Of a DNA stretch of 64,000 bases, positions 12,853-24,800 are shown piece after piece. Numbering within the stretch: position 1 is the stretch's first letter; each line of letters opens with the position of its first letter. This DNA comes from Macrostomum lignano. Taxonomy: Eukaryota. The stretch spans positions 248,001 through 312,000 of the forward strand of contig NIVC01000455.1 in NCBI GenBank assembly GCA_002269645.1, in the 5' to 3' direction. A program made the translations under genes and the position numbers. A model generated the notes under the pieces. That model had not been told where the DNA came from. It saw nothing but the letters and a program-made list of their open reading frames with translations, and did no database searches.

Positions 12853-12911
12853 CTAAGGACCACTAGGAGTTAAGTAACCTAGTTGCCTAGAAGCAACTAC
12901 TAGTGGTCCTT
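12722..12911 (+). mobile_element. Degenerate SINE-like element: condensed tRNA head, (TG)n tract and terminal hairpin
   Basis: TAGCTCAGCGGTA directly followed by GGGTTCGATACC; (TG)n about 12815-12850; 12-bp inverted repeat 12855-12866/12900-12911. Confidence 0.4.
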
Positions 12912-13058
12912 GGCTTTCTAAGGGTTCAGCGGAAGATTGCTTGCCTCTTACTGACTTGAGCACTTAATTCAAAAATTTCCTAAACTAATTAAGCCCGCGA
13001 AAGGAAGTACACCATATGTATTTAAAGAGCAGTCAAAGTCACACACCTCGCACACCTC

Positions 13059-14081
13059 ATGGCAGGCTGCGCTCTGATTCTGCTCTGCTGCGTCGAGCTG
13101 ATCATTTGCGACAGCTCTGTTGTCCAGTGGCAGAATCTGGGACTGCCGCAGTGCCTGCCCGAGGCCCAAGCAGTGCGGGTGGCCGAAACTCCATTCGGCA
13201 TCTCCGACTGCGTCCTGCTCGCCATGTCCACGAAAGACTCGACCGGCCAGCTGGTGGCCCAGTTCGACTCGGACACTTGCCAGTGCTCGCTCTTCCAATA
13301 CACCGCAGTGTGCCACCTCATCGATGGACTCGCTGCTGCAGAGAGCTCACAGTCCCGCCGCTGTGCCGCATTCGCCAATGACAGAGCCGCCAAGTTCCTC
13401 ACCTTGAGCAGGAAGCTCATGCTGGGTGTGGGCTCGAAGCTGAGGGCCGCCTGGGTGATGAGCGACGATGCGGACGCCAGCAGGAGCAACTTGGTGTGCG
13501 GCCAGACGCAGCAGTGGATGTCGGAGAATGTGGAGTGGAGCAGCGAGGGAGCCAAGCTCGACGGAGTGTCGTCCAAGATGTGGCTGGAGAACGTGGAGTT
13601 CGCGAGCGTGCAGCAGGGACTCACGTGGCTGGTCAGGCTCAAGCGGGCGATCCAAGTAGCCCCACCTCTGATCGAGAGTTACAGCTGCGTCTCAGTTCTA
13701 ATAGGGGCCGCCTTCTGGGACGGACATCCTAATACGCGGGGTTTGTACTTCTTTAGGAAAGCTCCAAACTATTCTGTGTTCAGAACAGCTGCTTCAACAA
13801 ACTCCTTTAACCCGGATGAATTTGTTGAGGTCGGCATTACTTCTGCATCTCCGTCAAGCCGCGACTTCTTCTCCAACTCCGGGTTCGTGTCGCAGTCGAG
13901 TGTGGTTCAGATCAATAACCGTACTACAACTGAGATTCCAACATGCCGCTGCATCCGCTTGGGATTTCGACATGGCGACTCGCGAATGCTGAACGGCACG
14001 GTGCAGGCGGTGGCCGTCATGAACGACACGATGACGGAGGCTGAGATCAGCAGCTTCTTCGGTCTCGTGCGGTCGCCCTAA
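13059..14081 (+). CDS. Secreted PAN/apple-like + LamG/ConA-like (pentraxin-fold) protein, paralog P1, intronless, 340 aa
   Basis: Signal peptide; Cys-spaced N-terminal module (DCVLLA..AQFDSDTCQCSLF); LamG_3-like motifs LTWLVRLK, FVEVGITS and IRLGF..LNGTVQAVAVMNDTMTEAEI; TATTTAAA about 40 bp upstream. Confidence 0.75.
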   Translation: MAGCALILLCCVELIICDSSVVQWQNLGLPQCLPEAQAVRVAETPFGISDCVLLAMSTKDSTGQLVAQFDSDTCQCSLFQYTAVCHLIDGLAAAESSQSRRCAAFANDRAAKFLTLSRKLMLGVGSKLRAAWVMSDDADASRSNLVCGQTQQWMSENVEWSSEGAKLDGVSSKMWLENVEFASVQQGLTWLVRLKRAIQVAPPLIESYSCVSVLIGAAFWDGHPNTRGLYFFRKAPNYSVFRTAASTNSFNPDEFVEVGITSASPSSRDFFSNSGFVSQSSVVQINNRTTTEIPTCRCIRLGFRHGDSRMLNGTVQAVAVMNDTMTEAEISSFFGLVRSP

Positions 14082-14979
14082 AGTACTGAATTAATTGAAT
14101 CACTTTTAGTTGTTAGGGTGGGAATTAGCTGAATCACTGAGTTATTTTGATGTTGCAAAACATTTTCTATTCATGCGGCTTGTGTCGTTTCGGAATACTT
14201 TTAATCATTCATGTATCTTTAAAAGACTTACAGACAAAGAAACTTTTGGTTTCCAAAATACGACGTATTTGAGACTATCTGGTCTGGCAGTTTTGCATTT
14301 TCACCCTTGGCAACGCTCTGTGCCGAATTGGCAACTCAATTCAAAAGTGTTTGGTTCATTTTTGTAGCTCGTAGCAGATACCAGCATGAGGTACAGGTAC
14401 CTACAAACCAAGTTTACTAACAAGAAACTTAATATCGGAACTTGCTTTTCATGAGTACTTAAGTGGGATCATCGATGAATCATCACAAGAGGTTCCGATC
14501 GGACTTGCAAATGACCAATGTGCACCGCTTTAGATTTCATGCAACCATCTTCTAATTTAATGAATCGCGAGACTGAAGCGATGGCAATGAAACAGAATAC
14601 TGTATCGCAATAAAAGCCACGAATACTACTATAAAAAGTAGGTAGTAGGGACCAGCAGTAGTGAAAAGTACATGTAGACTTTTCAATCCCTGTATATGGC
14701 CTCAAAATCTGGCAGTTCAGCCTGGCCTCATCTTGCTGAGCTGAGAAGAATTGGTGACTCAATTTCAAGCAATACGAGCTAATTTTAGTTCCTAATTAAC
14801 TGTTTTCCAGTTTCCTATTCGGAATTCCTAGCACCGATTAATAACTGAAAGGAAACTGAACTGGCGTATATTGTTAAACTTCAATCAAATCAAAGCAGTT
14901 CGCTGTCATTTTGAGGCCTGGTATGTATTCGCAACCAAGATGTACACAAAATCGGCTGCCCGGAATGCATAAGGAGCAA

Positions 14980-15385
14980 AGGGAGCATAGGGAGCAGCAT
15001 AGTGAGCAGTATAGGGAGCAGTATAGGGAGCAGTATAGGGAGCAGTATAGTGAGCAGTATAGGGAGCAGTATAGTGAGCAGTATAGGGAGCAGTATAGGA
15101 AGCATAGTGAGCAGTATAGGGAGCAGTATTGTGAGCAGTATAGGAAGCAGTATTGTGAGCAGTATAGGGAGCAGTATTGTGAGCAGTATAGTGAGCAGTA
15201 TTGTGAGCAGTATAGTGAGCAGTATAGGGAGCAGTATTGTGAGCAGTATAGGAAGCAGCATAGTGAGCAGTATAGGGAGCAGTATTGTGAGCAGTATAGG
15301 GAGCAGTATAGTGAGCAGTATAGTGAGCAGTATAGTGAGCAGTATAGTGAGCAGTATAGGAAGCATAGGGAGCAGTATAGGGAGC
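14980..15385. repeat. 12-bp minisatellite GAGCAGTATAGG/GAGCAGTATAGT
   Basis: Direct tandem repetition. Confidence 0.95.
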
Positions 15386-16317
15386 AGTACATTAAAATAA
15401 CAAGAAACGTGGGAGCCTCAGAAAGAAGCAAGTCTGAAGCTAGGCTTGTCCCTGTTGCTGGCAGTGGCTTAAACTGACAAAAAATAGCTATTTTTATAGG
15501 CATTCGTGAATTTTTTACACTGCCAGGTAGAAATCACATGAGAAGAGTACTCAAGCGTTGCGCGCTGCAGCAGGTTGGAGCTGCTCACGTGGACTAATTG
15601 GCATCCCGCCCTGCAACTTTCAGTTTGAGTTTAGTTCTGAAAATGAAGAGTGCCTTTTTCCACTTACATCGATGGCATGAGAAGCACGCACCGGCATGAG
15701 GAGGTGGGAAAGTAGCATCTCCCCCTCCGCACTCTGCAGCTGCCAGCCCTCAGCATGAAAAAAGCGCTAAGAAGCCGCAGCCAGCAGGTGTCGTTTTGAA
15801 GCTTTTCACAAACCCAAAAACCCTTGCGTCAAACACCATGCAAGTAACTGACGAGTTCTACAAGGCACCACCTGGGTTCGCACGCAGCCACATTAATTGG
15901 GGTCTGCGCACAGAAACTCAAGCCCATTAAGGGCAGCCCTGAGGGTACGGAGCGCGCATGGGGTGGGTGTATCGCTGCATGCGTGTCAACTGTTGTTCTT
16001 GATGTTAAGCAGTGCCAAAAACTCTAGCCAGGTGCATGTGCGTTATACGTACTGACATGCATGTGCCAGGAATGTACAAGCCATGGAGAAGGTGAGGCAT
16101 TCCTGATGTCCCATCTTCTGCACTTCGGAGTTGCACATGAAGGAAGTGTGTTTTCTTGAGGCAAGGTATAGAATTCTGTAAAAGTACGTTGAGGGTCAGA
16201 TGAGGCGTAGAGTGAGATCGGACACCCTCAACGCCCGTCTGCGCGTGGAGGTACCAATGCACCATTTGTGCTATCTGACACTGCTCTTTGGCATCTACAT
16301 GTACTACGCTCGTACAG

Positions 16318-16615
16318 ATATCGCTCTACATTAGACAGCACTCTAGTACAACTATCGCTCTACATTAGACAGCACTCTAGTACAACTATCGCTCTACATT
16401 AGACAGCACTCTAGTACAACTATCGCTCTACATTAGACAGCACTCTAGTACAACTATCGCTCTACATTAGACAGCACTCTAGTACAACTATCGCTCTACA
16501 TTAGACAGCACTCTAGTACAACTATCGCTCTACATTAGACAGCACTCTAGTACAACTATCGCTCTACATTAGACAGTACTCTAGTACAACTATCGCTCTA
16601 CATTAGACAGCACTC
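16318..16615. repeat. 34-bp near-perfect minisatellite TATCGCTCTACATTAGACAGCACTCTAGTACAAC, about 9 copies
   Basis: Direct tandem repetition, no spacers. Confidence 0.95.
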
Positions 16616-18876
16616 TAGAAACTGTTTGGAAATGTTGATTACTAACCCTGTCAAAGCTCTGTACTGAATTTCCCTGCAAATTTTATGACTGGTGAATAAT
16701 TGTATTTGTTTATTTTACCGTAAAATTAGCGATCAACATGTGTTAGTATGTACACGCACTGACATGAAATAGACTAGCTAAATAAGTCAAGACCAGACTT
16801 TAATGATACTAAAATAAAATTTAAAAAAAAAATACATTCGAATTTAATTGTATCATGCATGTATCTGCATACATGTACCCATCTATCAATAGCTTGTACG
16901 CTTACAACACTATTCTTGTGTCTTGTTTTTAGGACGGGAACAGAAATCTACAGCTATCATGTCGCAAAGTTCATGTGTCTGTCGACGAAGAGTATTTATT
17001 GTAAACATGTAAATTCATTTGATCAATTCTTTCAGAGAAGCTTTGGGTGCAATTGTCGCACGTTCATTTGCTGTCGGTTGACAGACTCAAATATTACTAG
17101 CATTACCTCCCGACAGACATGTAGTTTTCTCCCGTAGTAGCAAAACTTTAAAATGAGTGCTTCGAATTTATGTAGCCAAGGATTGATAATATCGCTTGTA
17201 TGAAGCTTGAAGCATCATTTACCTTATGGAAATCCTTTATCGTATTTACTAGACATCAGTAGAGTTAAAAACATTTTCAAGTCCTTGATGATCAGTCCTG
17301 ATCAGTCCTTGAACGTGTTTACTATATCCATTATCAGTAGTTAACAGGATTACGAGCGACTGGTTCTATGAAAGTTTTTAGCCACACCTGAACGTAAGTA
17401 GATGTACATGTATACGTAAAGCTGAATATTCACTACTTTTAAATATCCTTCATCAGCACGCACACAGCGCCTCATCCATTTAAACCAGGAGTAAAAGCAG
17501 TGGTGCCACTGAGAAGCGGAATACCCTCCACCGCCTCATCAAATGCAACAGCAGCCACCTCTGCAGTTCAAAAAACTGCAGGCCTGAGTAGTGAATCTTG
17601 CTTTCAAGAAGTTAAGAGAAAAGTCCACACGGTTCCACGTCAGGTGACTAAGACGGGTGATGGGTCAACTTCATTCCCTGCGCCTACAAGTCCAAGAACT
17701 GCTTCCGTTGCCTCACGTTCTCCTGGTACACTGTCAGGCCTCAGACATCGGACTTTGGACGCTGTCCTGCTCAAGCTTCGAAAAAAACCTAGGCAAGCAG
17801 ACGCAGCTTAACAGCTAGCTGTGTACCACACTGACCGCTGTGTAGTCACTGTACGTTGTTTTTAGCAACCGCATAGTCGTTGCGTGACCCAAGAGACGAA
17901 AGAAGTCCAAATCTAGCTGAGACTGGCACTTGCGCTCGGGCTTATAGCAGAAGCATCCAAGTCTCATCACACGTCACGATAGCAACGACTGGCCTTTGGC
18001 ACCCGGTTGATGCACTTTTACAGCATCGATCTGGCGACACCAGTCCACTCACGAGTGACCTATTTCTGCAGGCTGCAGCAGTTAGGGCGCCCAACTACTC
18101 GTCAGCTTCCTCAGGCCAATGTGATCGTGCATGATCGAATCTTTTTGATCGATCTCCAGCGAATAGATAGGTTTTGCTTTAATCACTTTAATCTCACTAA
18201 GGTTTCAGGATTAAGGTTTCACTTTAATCTCTTTATCCGCCCTGTCCTCTTCTTTTGTCTGTCGTACACGAGCCATTGTCTCCAGTGTTGTGGCAGTAAT
18301 TAGTCGGCCTATCCACTCCTCGTCTTCCAGCGAGCCTCAGTGGGAGATAATAGTGAACGGTTGCTAAACGATGGATTGAACAGTATCGGATGAGATTCTT
18401 TATATGTATAAACCAACTGCATGTAGTTCTGGTGGAATAGCTGGCGTGTGTTCAGCTAACAGGACTGATTCTATACCCAACTGACAAAATACGCAAGCTA
18501 CTTATTTAGTCACGTCATCTATGCAGCGGTACACGATCAGGCCCAGCTAGAGCAGGTCAGGGCAGACTGATCCCAGACAAATGAATTAGCTAACAACCAG
18601 ATCAAACTTATTTTATTTATTTTATTTTTAGTTAGTGAAATGTTTTAAACGTTTTTTATACTAGTTTTTTTAAATATTTTATCATTGTTTATTGATTTCT
18701 GCTTTCTCGTTTAATTTGGTAGGAATTTGTTTTATATTTTTATTAATTTATAATTGATTTTTAAACATAATGTAAGTTGACATTTCCACGAATCGACAAC
18801 AAAATTGAGCTACTGACTGAACTGGATACTTTAACCAGAAGCTGCGGAGGCAGAAGAAAGGAAAACTAGTCGGAGA

Positions 18877-21800
18877 ATGAGTTCCGCAACAAGATTCATT
18901 AAATTCGCTTTGATTTATACGCTTTTGTTTTTAGTTGTTTTGGATGTATATTTCTTTGTTATTAAGCCACAGCTCTTAAAAAGTGTTAACCAATTTAGTG
19001 TTGACAGCCAGCAAATTCATGCACTCTCTGCAGCAAGCATACCAGGATTTACCGAAACTGATCATCTTAAAGCAAAGTCTAGAGTGATTCATGATAAGTC
19101 ATGCCAAAGACACCCGGGTGCAGGAGAATTACACTGTGATTCAGACTCAAATGTAAGAATTCTCAGAAGACAGTCATATGCAAGATATGCACAACAACGG
19201 ATCAAACATGCGTTTGCCTCAATATGGGATGGATTTTTTATTGCATTGGAAGAAGTTGAGCAGCTCTCAGTTGCATTTTTTGATATAGCATTGAACTGGA
19301 TATCTGAGGCTAAAATATATTTAAGAAGTTCTATGTTCTCTGATTCAGATGTGCTTATCAAGCCTGGTTTTGAAGATCAAAGAAGCCCTGAGTCACAGTC
19401 ACAATTATCAGTTACATCACCTAGTCATGTGTATTCTTCAGTTTTAGACACTGATGTGCAACAAGGCACTTTTGCATTGTCTGCAAAGATTCAAAGAAAT
19501 ATATTATCAAAGAATGTTATGATTCATAGGCCTGCCAATGAAGAAAATTTTATTAATATTACACAGTTCAGTCTGACAAAGAAAGCTAATCTTTCAATTG
19601 GTAATTTACTTGTCTTTTTTGTTATTTTTTAAGGTATATTTGTAATAGCCAATTTTTTATACTGAAAAATATAGAAAGGATAATGTCATTTGTCTTTAGA
19701 ATTAGAATAATTATGAAAGGAGCATAATAAAGTAAATTTACTTTTTTCTAATACTAGTATTCTCAACTTTTCAAATACAAACTTCTTAGTCTTAAAATTC
19801 TCTAATTATTTCCTTTTATTTATGAGATATAATATCAATATTTAACTCTTTTCAATTTTTTTCTTATACCAAAGCAACTATTTGGTATTTAGATTATCAA
19901 CTTCCTAATCCTGATTCAAACCAAATATTTGGTTGATTCAATTCAATCCAAATTTTCCTAATATTTTGCATATTTTGTATTTGTCTTATTATTACATCAA
20001 TCTATACCATATTATCAAAGATTGTTTATATATAATTTTCTTTGCTTTAAGATGGCTTTGATATACAAACTGGTATATATGATTGATTGATATTAATATA
20101 CAAATGCAATGTTTTTTATAGTAATAGAGTACTTGTTTTACAGAATATTCTTTTGTTGTATATTTTTTATGATTAAAACTTATTCTTTCTTAGAAAATAT
20201 TGCATTCAAATTTCCACCCTTAATTTTTGTTCAACTATAGTGTTTCCAAATAATATTCTACGAAAAGTTTTTTTTTAATTGACTTCACAGCCAGTATAAA
20301 TAAAAGCCCCAAAACTGAGAGAATAACAACTTTGTGTTTCTACCTGCTTATAAGCTTTATAGGCCTAATCAACTTCTAATTTCAAAATATACTAATGAAA
20401 TTTGCTATTTGCAGTTGTAACAAGCCTTTACTTATTTTATAAGAAACCCTAAATCCCAACATAATTCTAGGTATACCAATTAGGTTTTTTAATCTTTTAT
20501 TATCAAAATCAATTTAAAATGATTAAAATCTTGCTAATTTATTGCTAAAAAGTAGTATCATTTAGTCATGTTGAAAATCTAGGCTTATATTAAAACACTA
20601 TTAAGGGTTATGGTCAGATTGAGTACTGAGGCTTTAAGATAGGCAGATATAGAAATTCTTTGATAGGGACTCATATAAAACTTGCCTATTGTAGAAATAT
20701 ATTAGCATTAGTCTAAACCAAACCTATCTAAGATGCATATAACTAATAGGGATTCATGCCATTTGTGCCCTTTCCTCTAAATCTATTCTTGCTTTAAAAG
20801 GCTTTAAGGCATTAAGAATAGTGGAGCATTAATAATCAAGTTTATAAAACATGGATTCAAGCTGATACCCACAAATTTAGAAGGTTGGGGTTGGGGTCTA
20901 GGAATATTTTATTAGACAAGAAGATGCATGCTTATTAGGTTAAGGCTGCTAAAGGGAATGCATGTATCAGGGCTAGATATTGCATACCATGTGTTTCTAG
21001 CAGTGGATTTACTTGTAGCTAGACATTTTTACAAGTTTAATCATTGCAATTCATGGCTCCACTAAACTGCTTACCTATGTGGCAGTTTTCCTAAGAAAAA
21101 AACTATGATGTTAATCTATATCCATATTTATAATTGCTTTGATAGCAATTTATTTAAAATGAATTTATTTAGCTATCCATTTGGCCTACTAACAGGTGAC
21201 TGATAAGTAGCGAGGTATGCATATTATTGTAATGACTGAAATATTTGTATTTGGTATTCAAATTGGCTTTATTAGATATTGAAATTGAATTAAATTGGTT
21301 AAAAAAATCATTTCATTAAGTTATTAAAAACAAATTTTTTGTCAAATATAGAAAAAAATAGTGGCTTGGCTGATAGAGATCTTTTAATCTCTATTATAAG
21401 GATATATTCTACAATTGCTTGCTACAAGGGTATTTTGCAAATGCCAATCTGGTGCAATTAAAAGACTTGTTGGTACATCAATATGCTAAGGCTCAAGTGT
21501 GCTAAAAATAGAAGGCTAGCTATAGCTTTGTTTATTGCACTTTTGCATTTAATCTAGCATATTGAAAGAAGTGTCTAACACACCCTTGGCCATAATTGGA
21601 ACATAGTGAAACCTAAATGGTCTATCAGCTTCAGATATAGCAAAGCCATGCTGTATTAAATGGTTTATTTTCAAGACTAACACTATATAAAACACCATTA
21701 TGGCAGAAAGGCTTTTGAGATTACCTTTAATAGTCTACAGAAAATAGACTATGAAAAACAACTATTATCGTGTGACTTCAATATGTTTAGTAATTCAGAA

Positions 21801-24800
21801 AGATGCTTTGGTCTATGATTGAAGGCCCTCCTAAATACAGTGGGTATTTAGGGAGTTAGAATGGATTTGATTATCGATGGGATTTCAAATAGATTGGATT
21901 ATTGATGGGATTTCAGATGGATCGGATTATCGATAGAATTTCAGATGGATTGGATTATTGATGAGATTTCCAAGACAGATTGGATTATTGATGGGATTTC
22001 TATGATAGATTGGATTATCCTTGGGGTTTCAGATAGATTGGATTATTGATGAAATTCCAGATTGGATTATCAATGGGCCTTCAGATTGGATTATTGATGG
22101 GATTCCAGATTGGATTATCGATGGGCCTTCAGATTGGATTATTGATGGGATTCCAGATTGGATTATCGATGGGCCTTCAGATTGGATTATTGATGGGATT
22201 CCAGATTGGATTATCGATGGGCCTTCAGATTGGATTATTGATGGGATTCCAGATTGGATTATCGATGGGCCTTCAGATTGGATTATTGATAGGAGTTCAG
22301 ACTGATTGGATTATCGATGGGAGTTCAGACAGATTGGATTATTGATGGGAGTTCAGACAGATTGGATTTTCAATAGGATTTTCAGATAGATTGGATTATC
22401 AATGGGATTTTCAGATAGATTGGATTATCAATGAGATTTTCAGATAGATTGGATTATCAATGGGATTTTCAGATAGATTGGATTATCAATGGGATTTTCG
22501 GATAGATTGGATTATCAATGGGATTTTCAGACAGATTGGATTATCGATGGAATTTTCAGATAGATTGGATTATCAATGGTATTTTCAGATAGATTGGATT
22601 ATCAATGGGATTTTCAGATAGATTGGATTATCAATGGTATTTTCAGATAGATTGGATTATCAATGGTATTTTCAGATAGATTGGATTATCAATGGGATTT
22701 TCAGACAGATTGGATTATCAATGGTATTTTCAGATAGATTGGATTATCAATGGGATTTTCAGACAGATTGGATTATCAATGGTATTTTCAGATAGATTGG
22801 ATTATCAATGGTATTTTCAGATAGATTGGATTATCAATGGGATTTTCAGATAGATTGGATTATCAATGGTATTTTCAGATAGATTGGATTATCAATGGTA
22901 TTTTTAGATAGATTGGATTATCGATGGGATTTCAGATAGATTGGATTATCGATGGGATTTCAGATAGATTGGATTATCGATAGGATTTCAGATTGGATTA
23001 TCGATGGGATTTCCAAGACAAGTTGGATTATCGATAAGTGTTCAGAGAGATTGGAATCTGGATTATCAATGGGATTTCAGACTGGTTATTGGTGAGATTT
23101 CAGAATTCAGATAGATTGGATTATAAGATATCAGTGCATGTATCTGGGTACTAAGACTACAAACAAAGCAAAGGTACTCCTGTCCCAGTCAAAACAGCCA
23201 ATAATGCATAGACGCATATCAAAAATAATTCTAAGCTGCAACCCTCCGCCCAGACCTGGTCCGCGAGGCCAACAGCACTCTCAGGCTGGCCCGGGAGTTT
23301 CTCCGGACTGGCAACCTGGCCAAGGCCAAGCGGCTGCTTGAGCACGCCAGGCAGCTCAACCCGTACGATGCCGAGGCCATGGCTGCCTACGGGGAGGTGT
23401 TTGAGCACCACCGACCGCCCGATTATGTGAAAGCTGAGCACTACTACGGCAAAGCGCTGCTGACTGATCCCACCAATGAGAAGGTGAGTCTTGGCTTACC
23501 TGACATCCTGCTCGGAGCCAGACTGATATCCCAGATCGCGTGTCACTTCACATCCCCCAAATATCCTCACAGAATCCCATCGGTAATCCAATATCCCAAA
23601 TCTATCCCAAAATATCCCCAATTCCCAGGAATCCCATCGGTAATCCAATATCCCAAGCCCCCACGATCCAACGATAATCTGATATCCCAAATCCCCAGGA
23701 ATCCCATCGGCAATCCAATGTCCCAAGTAATCCAATATCTCAAATCCCCAGTAATCCAATGTCCCTAATCCCAAGTAATCCAATATCTCAAATCCCCAGT
23801 AATCCAATGTCCCTAATCCTCAGGAATGCCATCGGTAATCCCTGATCCCCAGAAAGAGCAATAATACCTAGATAGTCGTAATCCCAGCAGTAGCCTGCAC
23901 AGTGCACAATCTGTCCCACTTTCTCACCCTCCGCCGTCCCCAGGCCAAGGCCTCCCGCAAGCGAACTCTGCCCCTGGTTGAGCAGATCGACCAGGCCAGG
24001 TTCAACCGCATCGACCAGAAGGTGTACCAGTACTACCACATCCCGGAGACGCACCCGGGCCTCCGCCGGCTGAAGAAGGAGCACTACTTCCGCTACGTGT
24101 ACCACAGCAACGCCATCGAGGGCAACACGCTGGACCTGGCGCAGACCCGCGCCATCCTGGAGACCCGCATCGCAGTTGGCGGCAAGAGCCTGCTTGAGCA
24201 CAACGAAGTCCTGGGCCTCGACGCCGCTCTCATGTTTCTCAATAGCAGCCTGCTGAGAAAGCCGGGACCCCTGCTGCTCAGCGACCTGCTGGAGATCCAC
24301 CGCAGAGTTCTGGGCTATGTGGACCTGCAGGAGGCTGGGCGGCTCAGGAATACTCAGGTGAGGTCCCTGTTTCAAATCAATCAGTCCCAGTTGCAAACCA
24401 ATCAGTCCCAGTTTCAAACCAATCAGTCCCAGTTTCAAACCAATCAGTCCCAGTTGCAAACCAATCAGTCCCAGTTGCAAACCAATCAGTCCCAGTTTCA
24501 CACCAATCAGTCCCAGTTTCAAACCAATCAGTCCCAGTTGCAAACCAATCAGTCCCAGTTTCACACCAATCAGTCCCAGTTTCAAACCAATCAGTCCCAG
24601 TTTCAAACCAATCAGTCCCAGTTTCACACCAATCAGTCCCAGTTTCAAACCAATCAGTCCCAGTTTCAAACCAATCAGTCCCAGTTTCAAACCAATCAGT
24701 CCCAGTTTCACACCAATCAGTCCCAGTTTCAAACCAATCAGTCCCAGTTTCAAACCAATCAGTCCCAGTTGCAAACCAATCAGTCCCAGTTTCAAACCAA

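Noticed and set aside
9245-16615. CRISPR-like arrays (31-bp at 9245, 34-bp at 16318, also 48-, 67- and 161-bp arrays)
   Set aside because: Units are contiguous without unique spacers, there are no cas genes, and the context is eukaryotic; these are minisatellites
16860-17400. hAT transposase C-terminal relic
   Set aside because: Only vague resemblance with stops; not supportable without a search
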